The notes: generated from the letters alone by a model not told the origin. A DNA stretch of 38,215 nt from Oscillospiraceae bacterium (GCA_031271525.1 JAISVO010000037.1:1-38215); one strand, 5' to 3'; shown: positions 15,919 through 23,294, counted from the stretch's first letter. A program made the numbers and translations.

Positions 15919-18169
15919 CAAGAAAGGTCCGGTCTTGCTCGCACTCCTATTGGCTCTCGCGCTGTGTGTCAGCGTCTTTGCCGCCGGCACAGGCAAACAA
16001 AGCGCACCGCCGCCTGTCAGCCAAGCGGCGGACATCGAACTCAACTCTGTACGGTACGCAAAACCCGAGACGGAAACGGAGCGGGTCGTCAGCCCGGTCA
16101 CGCTGGACGGCTACGAGAGGAAGCTGGAAAACGGGACCTTGTCACTCTGGTTCCACGAGGAAACCGCGAGCTTACGTATTACGGACAAACGCAGCGGGTA
16201 TGTTTGGGGCTGCGTCGGCACTGAGCAGCCCAAGGGACTGAATAAATCGTGGTATTCGCTCGCGAGCTCCCTGCTGTCAATAGAGTATTACGACGAAAAG
16301 AACGCCGAAAAACGTGCGGGGATGATGGATGAGGAGACTGATTGCTCCTATGGGTGGACGTCTGAGGAACTGACCGCCCATGTGTCGTTTTCCGAAATCG
16401 GAATCTCATTGACCGTGCGGGTACGGCTGGATAACGAAAGCATCCTTCTTTCGGTTGACCCGGACAGCGTACGGGAATCGGGAGACGCGAAGATAAAATC
16501 TGTCTATTTCCTTCCGTTTTTGGGTGCGGTACGCGAAAACACCCTGTTAGGGTATATGCTGATCCCTGACGGGCCGGGCGCATTGATCCGTTATTCCCCT
16601 TCCGTTGGCTACACTTCGGTGTACAACAAGAGAATCTACGGCCCCGATATGAGCATAGACGCCCTCTCCGTCCCGAGCGGATTACAGGCGAGCCGGGGGG
16701 ACGACTACTTGGTGGCGGAGCCGCAGATCACCCTGCCGGTATTCGGCGTGGTACACGGCGCGTATCAAAACGCTTTTTACGGCGAAGTGACCGGCGGCGC
16801 GGAATACGCGTCGATACAAGCCTACGCTGCGGGTATGATTACCGACTTCAACTGGGTGACAGCGCGGTTTGATTTGCGCCAAAGCTATTTGAAACCCACA
16901 AACGGGGCTGGCGACGGGGTCTATGTCCCGCAGGAGGAGCAAAATAACGCGGCCCCGGCGGTGCGCTATACCTTCCTGACCGGCGATGACGCGGATTACA
17001 GCGGTATGGCCGTGGCTTACAGAACCGAGCTGGAAAAGCGGGGTATACTGGACACGCCCGTTAACGCGGCCGCCGAAACCCCGCTGTCCCTGACCGTCGT
17101 CGGAGCGGAGATACGGGACGGGTTCCTGTGGGACACCGTGGAACCCCTGACCACATTCGGGCAGGCTGCCGAAATGGCGGAGGATTTAAGGGACGCGGGA
17201 ATCAACAACATCACGATGGTGTATAGCGGCTGGCAGCGCGGCGGCCTCAGCAAGGCCAAAATGGGGGAGACAGCCATTCAGAGGAGCTTGGGCAGTCTGC
17301 GGGAATTGCAGGACCTGCGCGACTTTGTTTCACAAGCCGGCTCATTCTATTTGGAGGACAGGATTGTCACGGGGAATGACCCGCAGGTGTCGCGCCGCGG
17401 TCAGACCGCAGTCAACCGCTCTAAGGCATATATCCGTTTCACCCGCAACGACCCCGCGCTGATGTATAAAGACCGCTGGCTGGTCAAGCCCGGAATCGCC
17501 GCGCAGGCGCTTGTTACAGTGAGCCAGAAGATGCCGGGGTTTAGCAGGTTTTTGCCGGAATACGGCCAGTTCCTGTACTCTGACTATACGAGGAACTCCG
17601 AAACAACAAGGAGCGCGAACATGACGCTCCAAACCGAGACGGTATCCGAAGCCGGCACTCGGATCGCGCTGACCAATCCGAATCTTTATATGTGGCCCCA
17701 TACGGATAGGATCTTTGATGTGCCTGTCACAAGCGGACAGTACCTTTACACAACCGATACGGTTCCCTTTCTGCCCATTGTCTTTTCGGGGTACTTTGAG
17801 GCGTACGCGCCGAATATCAACCAAGGTTTTACCGCGCAAAACTCCGTTCTGCGGCTTGTGGAGTACGGCTTGAACCCGGCGTTTATCGTGATGGGGGCGG
17901 ACAATCAGGCTCTGGCCGACACCCCGCTGATCGACCTGTTTTCGATCCACTACCCCGATTGGCGTGAGCGAATCCTGACTGTTTATGATACCGTTTCGGT
18001 CCCGCTCAATAAAATCCGGGGCCGGAGCATCGTCAACCACCGCGTATTGGAGGAAGGTTTGGTACGCGTTCGGTATTCGGGCGGTGTGACGGTGTATGTG
18101 AATTACAACAACACGGATCGCATTGCCGACGGCTTGACCGTCCCCGCGAAAGGAGCGCTGGCGGTATGA
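15905..18169 (+). CDS. Signal-anchored/secreted 754-aa protein, DUF5696-like (function unknown)
   Basis: I prefer the GTG at 15905, with GGAGGGGAGG 7-8 nt upstream. This gives a 14-nt overlap with the NHL-Yip1 gene. The N-terminus is RRNKKGPVLLALLLALALCVSVFAAG. No motif of a named glycoside hydrolase family was recognised. The segment GYMLIPDGPGALIRY and the overall size recall proteins annotated as DUF5696. Confidence 0.7.
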   Translation: MLRRNKKGPVLLALLLALALCVSVFAAGTGKQSAPPPVSQAADIELNSVRYAKPETETERVVSPVTLDGYERKLENGTLSLWFHEETASLRITDKRSGYVWGCVGTEQPKGLNKSWYSLASSLLSIEYYDEKNAEKRAGMMDEETDCSYGWTSEELTAHVSFSEIGISLTVRVRLDNESILLSVDPDSVRESGDAKIKSVYFLPFLGAVRENTLLGYMLIPDGPGALIRYSPSVGYTSVYNKRIYGPDMSIDALSVPSGLQASRGDDYLVAEPQITLPVFGVVHGAYQNAFYGEVTGGAEYASIQAYAAGMITDFNWVTARFDLRQSYLKPTNGAGDGVYVPQEEQNNAAPAVRYTFLTGDDADYSGMAVAYRTELEKRGILDTPVNAAAETPLSLTVVGAEIRDGFLWDTVEPLTTFGQAAEMAEDLRDAGINNITMVYSGWQRGGLSKAKMGETAIQRSLGSLRELQDLRDFVSQAGSFYLEDRIVTGNDPQVSRRGQTAVNRSKAYIRFTRNDPALMYKDRWLVKPGIAAQALVTVSQKMPGFSRFLPEYGQFLYSDYTRNSETTRSANMTLQTETVSEAGTRIALTNPNLYMWPHTDRIFDVPVTSGQYLYTTDTVPFLPIVFSGYFEAYAPNINQGFTAQNSVLRLVEYGLNPAFIVMGADNQALADTPLIDLFSIHYPDWRERILTVYDTVSVPLNKIRGRSIVNHRVLEEGLVRVRYSGGVTVYVNYNNTDRIADGLTVPAKGALAV

Positions 18170-19035
18170 AACGGCGCTTGTTAAGCGTGTCGGCCCGGGA
18201 AGGGTTAGCGGGCTATCTGTTTTTTCTGCCGTGGATACTCGGCTTCGCGGTTTTTACCTTATACCCGGTCTTGTACTCTGTCTACATCAGCCTGAACGAG
18301 ATCCAAATATCGGCCGACGATTCTATACGCGCCGCATGGCAAGGCCTTCGGTATTATTATGAAGCGTTGCAAGTCGATACGAGTTTCTCCGCCGATTTAT
18401 ATGACGCGCTCCTTCATATCGTCTGCGCCACACCGGTGATTGTTGTTGTAGCCCTTGTGATCGCATTGTTTCTGTCCAAGCGGTATCCGCTGAGAACCTT
18501 TTTCCGGAGCGTATTCTTTCTGCCGGTGATCATCATGTCGGGTCCTGTTATTTCCGATCTGCTCGGGCAGTATTCTCTGGGACTGACGGAAGAATCACCG
18601 CTGTTATTCTCGTTTATGTCCGCCTTGCCGCAATTCCTGCAAAGCCCCGTTTTTTTCGTGCTGGACAATTTGGCGCTGATTCTATGGTTTTCCGGAGTGC
18701 AGATCCTGCTGTTCATCGCGGGTCTGAATAAAATCGGCCCCGAGCTGTATGAAGCGGCATCCATTGACGGAGCGTCGGCGTGGGAAAGCTTTTGGAAGAT
18801 CACGATGCCGCATCTGAAGCCCTTCGCGCTGCTTGGCGCCGTTTATTCCATCATGGAGGTGGCGAATTACGCAAACCTTTCCATCAACGAAAAAATCCGC
18901 AGTCACCTATACGAAATCGACCGCCCATACAGCTTTTCGTCCGCCATGAGTTGGATTTATTTCATCGCGGTTCTGCTTGTCTTGGGGCTTACATTCCTTC
19001 TGCTCGGAAATGGGAAAAGGGAGACGGCGAAATGA
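18166..19035 (+). CDS. Sugar ABC transporter permease (second pair, MalF-like)
   Basis: ATGA overlap with the DUF5696-like gene. Multi-TM protein. The EAA loop is ELYEAASIDGASAWESFWKITMPHLKP. Confidence 0.85.
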   Translation: MKRRLLSVSAREGLAGYLFFLPWILGFAVFTLYPVLYSVYISLNEIQISADDSIRAAWQGLRYYYEALQVDTSFSADLYDALLHIVCATPVIVVVALVIALFLSKRYPLRTFFRSVFFLPVIIMSGPVISDLLGQYSLGLTEESPLLFSFMSALPQFLQSPVFFVLDNLALILWFSGVQILLFIAGLNKIGPELYEAASIDGASAWESFWKITMPHLKPFALLGAVYSIMEVANYANLSINEKIRSHLYEIDRPYSFSSAMSWIYFIAVLLVLGLTFLLLGNGKRETAK

Positions 19036-19961
19036 AGACAGGAAAACATGGGCTGAAGATTCTTTTGGGCGGCAGGCGGCGGCCCGGCCTCCTTAGTTCC
19101 GCGTTCTATTTAGTTCTCCTTGGCGGTGTCGGCTTCCTCTTTTTATATCCCGTCCTGTATATGTGCGTTCAAAGTATCATGAGTCCGTCGGATATAACAG
19201 ATCCGGGCGTAGGGTGGATTCCCACCGCACTTTACGGAGGGAATTACGCAAAAGCTTTCACGACGCTGCATTTTCAAGAGGCGTTCTTTAACTCGCTGTA
19301 CTTATCGCTCGGGCCGTCCGTTCTCACCACGGTGGCCTCCTGCTTCATCGGTTATGGCCTAGCCCGTTTCCGTTTCCCGGGGAAAAGGATTTGGCTTGCC
19401 CTCCTTGTCGCGGCGTTTTTTATCCCGTCGCAGGTCATGATGATCCCGCGGTTCATGATGTTCTCTAGTTACCACATCATTAACACACCGCTGACGCAGT
19501 TTTTGCCGGCCGCGTTGGGACAGGGTATCAAAGGTTCGTTGTTCGTCCTCATTTTTATGCAGTTCTTTTCGAGTTACCCCAAGGCGTTGGACGAAGCCGC
19601 CGAAATCGACGGCGCGGGGAGAATGGGCGTATTCCTTCGCGTTGCCGTCCCTATGGCTAAACCCGCGATTGTCATATCCGTTTTATTCTCGTTCGTATGG
19701 TACTGGAACGAGACGACCCAAGCATCCCTGTTTTTTGGGACGCAAATCAAGACTCTGCCCATGAGATTGGGGAGTTTCGCTGAATCCTACAGCACAATAT
19801 ACGGAAGCTCGGCTAACGCCGCCAATGCCGCCGACGCGCTGAACGAGGCGATCAGCATGGCAGGCACCCTCCTGTCGGTACTGCCGCTGCTCCTGTTGTA
19901 TCTTGTCTTGCAGCGGCAGTTCGTGGAGAGCATTGAGAAATCCGGCATCACGGGCGAGTAA
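19032..19961 (+). CDS. Carbohydrate ABC transporter permease (second pair, MalG-like)
   Basis: I prefer the ATG at 19032 (MKTGKHGLKILLGG...), which overlaps the upstream stop as ATGA. The track start at 18780 lies inside the previous permease gene. The EAA loop is ALDEAAEIDGAGRMGVFLRVAVPMAKP. Confidence 0.9.
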   Translation: MKTGKHGLKILLGGRRRPGLLSSAFYLVLLGGVGFLFLYPVLYMCVQSIMSPSDITDPGVGWIPTALYGGNYAKAFTTLHFQEAFFNSLYLSLGPSVLTTVASCFIGYGLARFRFPGKRIWLALLVAAFFIPSQVMMIPRFMMFSSYHIINTPLTQFLPAALGQGIKGSLFVLIFMQFFSSYPKALDEAAEIDGAGRMGVFLRVAVPMAKPAIVISVLFSFVWYWNETTQASLFFGTQIKTLPMRLGSFAESYSTIYGSSANAANAADALNEAISMAGTLLSVLPLLLLYLVLQRQFVESIEKSGITGE

Positions 19962-20032
19962 AGAAGAGTCCGGAAAACCCGTCGCGAAGTAAGCGGAGTA
20001 TCCGTTTGCATATTTAAAAGGAGGAAAATACC

Positions 20033-20638
20033 ATGAAAAAGGCCCTGACACTCATTCTGACAATCGCATTTGCCCTCGGCGTTGCCGCTCCCGCGTTAGC
20101 CGTCTCGGAGGTTTATCTGGAAGGCGAAGATGTCTACGGCGGCAACATCAACAACGGAGCCACTATGGGCGGAACCGAGAACGACAACGCGGCTGATCTG
20201 CAACCGGGTGAAAAGCTCAGCTTTATCCTGCCGGCGGATTTGACCGAAGGTGAGTACACTGTCGAAGTAAGGACCACAGGCAACCGCACCGATTACAACG
20301 TCTATGTCGGCGATACCTTGGCGGCAACGGTGAAGCGTCCGGAAGGCTCGGGATGGGGCTTTGATGTTATGACCACCGACGCGGCGACGGCGAACATCCA
20401 ATTAAAACCCGGAGATACCATAGCGGTTGAAGCGCCGGACAACGGCGAGTACGGCTGGGTCGACTGGGTAAAGCTGACTTTGGTCAATGCCGCGCAACCC
20501 ACCGCCCCTGCGGAACCGGCCGCTCCCGCCAACAACCCCAAAACCGGGGACTTCGGATTCATCTGGCTTGCGATTGCCCTCCTTGGCGCTGCGTCGGTAA
20601 CCTCGGTTTTCCTCGTGAAAGCTAAGAAGAAATCGTAG
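20033..20638 (+). CDS. Cell-wall-anchored CBM-like surface protein (NPKTG sorting signal)
   Basis: AAAGGAGGA RBS. The signal peptide is MKKALTLILTIAFALGVAAPALA. A single beta-sandwich-like module follows (VYLEGEDVYGG...EYGWVDWVKLTL), then the Pro/Ala linker AAQPTAPAEPAAPA. The sorting signal is NPKTG (20534-20548), a hydrophobic stretch and a KAKKKS tail. Confidence 0.8.
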   Translation: MKKALTLILTIAFALGVAAPALAVSEVYLEGEDVYGGNINNGATMGGTENDNAADLQPGEKLSFILPADLTEGEYTVEVRTTGNRTDYNVYVGDTLAATVKRPEGSGWGFDVMTTDAATANIQLKPGDTIAVEAPDNGEYGWVDWVKLTLVNAAQPTAPAEPAAPANNPKTGDFGFIWLAIALLGAASVTSVFLVKAKKKS

Positions 20639-20664
20639 CGTTTCTCACTTACTCAAATTTCTTC
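20626..20664. terminator. Nested inverted repeat straddling two convergent stop codons (weak bidirectional terminator candidate)
   Basis: The outer arms are GAAGAAAT (20626-20633) and ATTTCTTC (20657-20664). The inner hairpin is GAAATCG-TAG-CGTTTC (20629-20644), whose loop is the TAG stop of the CBM gene. Read on the minus strand, the inner hairpin is followed by TTCTT. The stems are short and AT-rich, so strength is doubtful. Confidence 0.3.
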
Positions 20665-21179
20665 GCGGTGGTGGGAAGGGCTTCCACCAACTCCGCGCGC
20701 TGAGCTTCACCCAGCCCGACACATTCGAGATAGGTTAAGCTTGTAAGCCCTTTAACGGGAGTAATGTCGGTCTCGGCAGTCACACTGAAGGTCAAGCTTT
20801 GCAGCTTGGGCAGCTTCGCAAGAACCGAGAGATCCGCGATGTCGTTGTCCCGAATAATCAAGGTCGTTAAGTTCACAAGGTTCTGCAAATCGGTGATGTC
20901 GGTGACGTCATTGCCGCCGATGTCAAGGGTCTGAAGGGTTGTCAAATCCTTGAGGAATCCGAGGCTTGTGAGGTTGTTATCCGCGAGGGCGAGGAACTCA
21001 AGGTTCTTCGCGTTGCGAAGGTTCTTTACGTCGCCATCGGTCAGTCCCCTGTTATGGAGCAGGAGGGTCGGTTCGTCCAAGGAGTACTTGGTTCCCTTGA
21101 CGTTGATGTCGCTCGGGGCGCAGGAGGCGAGTACCGCGGCCAGCAGAAAAAGCGCAAAAATGCAAGTTGCTTTTCTCAT
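20649..21179 (-). CDS. Small leucine-rich-repeat (internalin-like) lipoprotein
   Basis: Canonical lipobox in MRKATCIFALFLLAAVLASC. About five 22-residue LRRs are present (LEFLALADNNLTSLGFLKDLTT, LQTLDIGGNDVTDITDLQNLVN, LTTLIIRDNDIADLSVLAKLPK ...). Confidence 0.85.
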   Translation of the reverse strand: MRKATCIFALFLLAAVLASCAPSDINVKGTKYSLDEPTLLLHNRGLTDGDVKNLRNAKNLEFLALADNNLTSLGFLKDLTTLQTLDIGGNDVTDITDLQNLVNLTTLIIRDNDIADLSVLAKLPKLQSLTFSVTAETDITPVKGLTSLTYLECVGLGEAQRAELVEALPTTAKKFE

Positions 21180-21415
21180 GTGTCGATTCCTCTCTTGTTA
21201 TGAATTCAATTCGCCGAAGGAGATGATCGCCTGTACCCGGGAGTATGTCTGGAGCGGTCCGAAGATGCCGTCCCCCGTCCCCGACATGCTCCCGGCGTGA
21301 AAATCGTCCCCAGCAGGAAGCCGGAAGGGTTGTCAGGACGATCGCTGCTGCGGGCGGCAGGGGCAGGATCTTTCATGGCAATAGTATATCCTCCTGATAG
21401 TTCGGTATGTACCGC

Positions 21416-23230
21416 TCACGGGTAGATCATTCTTCCCTTTTCGTCGGGGATTTCGGTGAGCCGGTAGAAGTAGGTGTTGATCACATCCCGCCACTCCTTG
21501 GCGTTGTCGAGCTGACGCCGGAGCCTCTCCAGCACGGATTGGTATGCGCTGTCTGGCAGCAGGGGTTTCATTGAGATCCATGTCGCGATGTAGTTTTCAA
21601 CATCCTCGACCCCCTCGAAGTGGGTGTCATAGATGTGCTGGAGGATCGTCTTGCCGCTCTTGAGAATATAATCGTACGGCATCCGGTGAAAATACAGAAG
21701 CATCTCCTCCGGGCAAGTCGCGGGGTCGCTGTAGAGCTTGTCGAGGTACGGGTGGTATTGCGCCGTATAGCCGGTGCCCTTCTCGGTGCGGTCGACGCCG
21801 ATCGATGTGCGGCTGGCGCGGTGGTAGGTGCCCCATTTCATAAATTCATAGCCTTCCGGGCTTGGCCCGTAGTGGTGATGGATGTTCACCATCCAGCAAA
21901 CACCCAGCGGCGCGTTGTATTTTTCGTATACATCCCGAGAGGTCAGCAACATGTTCAGCAAAGGCTCCCGAAGCTGCGGCTCGGTGCCGAAGGTCAAGCC
22001 GATCCAGTCGTTTAAGACATCTTTTGCCTTTTCCGCCGGATTCCACGCGAAACGTCCGAAGGCGTAAAGGTTTGCCTGCGCCAGTGTGTGCCCCGTCCAA
22101 TTCTCGTCCCGCCCCGTGTTGGCAACCGCCGTCACCGCAATGATCTCCCGCCCGACCAAGTCACGCGTCTGGCGGGTATCGGAAACCGGTGATGTAAAGA
22201 TTTCCTCCCACTGGGCGGCTAAGGCGTACAGGTCGATCTGCTGCCCGGTGTACTCCTGCGTTATCTGCAGCTCGATCGCCTGCGCCGTGTTCCGCATCGC
22301 GCCGAGGAGGGGGGAATTCGGCTCCCGCACTTGAAAGTCGGAGGGGCCGTACTTAATTTGGAGAATAACGTTGCCGTCAAACGTTCCGTCCAGCGGTTGG
22401 AAGTGGTCATATGCCGCCTTGGGGCGGTCTGTTTGGGCGTCCCGCCAGTCCTGCTCGCAGTTATAGACGAAGCAGCGCCAGTAGGTTTTGCCGCCGTGCG
22501 GCTTGAGAGCGCGGGCGATGACGTTCGCGCCGTCCGCCTGTGTCCGTCCAAGAGCCGCCGGTCCGGCGCGGAACTCGGAGTCGGCTTTCACCAAGAACCC
22601 CGCGAGGTCGGGAATCGCGGCATACACCATATCGGCGGCGGCACGCCACCACACGGCGACGCCTTCGTCCAGAGGGTCGGAGGTTGGTAAGCCGCCCAGC
22701 ATGACCGGACTGTTGAAATCGACCGCGACGATGATCTTGATGTGATACGGACGGAAGATTTCAGCGAGCGCCGCGAGATCGGGCAGAAGTTCGCCGGTGA
22801 TCAGCTTGGCGCTCCGCCCGGTAACATTGACATTGTTGAAGCAGATCCGGTTGATTCCAACCGAAGCCAGCAGTCGGGCGTAAAAGCGGATCCGCTCGGG
22901 GTCGTAGGAAATGTTTCCGTTTTGAAAAAAGAGGGACGCGCCGCTGTAGCCGCGTTCGACGACCCCCGTGATGTTGTCCCAATGGTTGAGGATCCGCTCC
23001 GAAACAGCCGGAGCGCTCGTGACGGAGAAGTCGGTTTCGCCCAATAGTATCTTCTCCCGCAGGGCATACGAGCCGTACAGCTTCCCCGCTTCGTCGGCGC
23101 TTGCGACGGAGTAGACGCCGTTTATACACGACAGACGGTAACCTTCGGGCGGAAGAGCGAGGTCGGTTTCGCATTTGAGCTCATACGGAGCGTCGGTTTG
23201 CAGCCACAGGCGGTCTTCACGATACGGCAC
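21416..23230 (-). CDS. aguA: GH67 alpha-glucuronidase
   Basis: Long collinear similarity to remembered Geobacillus AguA: NHWDN...ERGYSGASLFF, YARLLASVGINRICFNNVNV, FLVKADSEFRAGP, WRCFVYNCEQDWRD, GPSDFQVREP, ITQEYTGQQ, NWTGHTLAQANLYAFGR and KEWRDVINTYFYR. The catalytic Glu/Asp/Glu positions are present. GTG start (complement of 23228-23230). Confidence 0.93.
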   Translation of the reverse strand: MPYREDRLWLQTDAPYELKCETDLALPPEGYRLSCINGVYSVASADEAGKLYGSYALREKILLGETDFSVTSAPAVSERILNHWDNITGVVERGYSGASLFFQNGNISYDPERIRFYARLLASVGINRICFNNVNVTGRSAKLITGELLPDLAALAEIFRPYHIKIIVAVDFNSPVMLGGLPTSDPLDEGVAVWWRAAADMVYAAIPDLAGFLVKADSEFRAGPAALGRTQADGANVIARALKPHGGKTYWRCFVYNCEQDWRDAQTDRPKAAYDHFQPLDGTFDGNVILQIKYGPSDFQVREPNSPLLGAMRNTAQAIELQITQEYTGQQIDLYALAAQWEEIFTSPVSDTRQTRDLVGREIIAVTAVANTGRDENWTGHTLAQANLYAFGRFAWNPAEKAKDVLNDWIGLTFGTEPQLREPLLNMLLTSRDVYEKYNAPLGVCWMVNIHHHYGPSPEGYEFMKWGTYHRASRTSIGVDRTEKGTGYTAQYHPYLDKLYSDPATCPEEMLLYFHRMPYDYILKSGKTILQHIYDTHFEGVEDVENYIATWISMKPLLPDSAYQSVLERLRRQLDNAKEWRDVINTYFYRLTEIPDEKGRMIYP

Positions 23231-23265
23231 AGACGGTAACCCCCTACGATCGGTTCTTCGCCGTC

Positions 23266-23294
23266 ATTATACCATTCTGTGCAAGAGCTGTCAA
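23266..23294 (-). promoter_or_regulatory. Consensus sigma-70 promoter for aguA: TTGACA - 17 nt - TGgTATAAT (minus strand)
   Basis: The -35 is the complement of 23289-23294 and the -10 is the complement of 23266-23271, with a TG extended element. It lies about 35 nt upstream of the GTG start. Confidence 0.55.

Noticed and set aside
18780-19031. Upstream extension of the MalG-like permease ORF. The same issue affects the track starts at 825, 5776, 15866, 23376, 33672 and 35087.
   Set aside because: Each extension overlaps the preceding gene or a promoter and lacks an RBS. Internal starts at 19032, 906, 5806, 15905, 23505, 33681 and 35108 have Shine-Dalgarno sequences, sensible signal peptide or TM N-termini, or ATGA-type coupling.
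21206-21376. 56-codon minus-strand ORF behind CAGGAGGA in the aguA-LRR spacer
   Set aside because: The RBS-to-ATG spacing is 12 nt, which is long. The product is Arg/Ser/Pro/Gly-rich with no hydrophobic core or motif. It is not reported as a gene and is only mentioned within the spacer finding.
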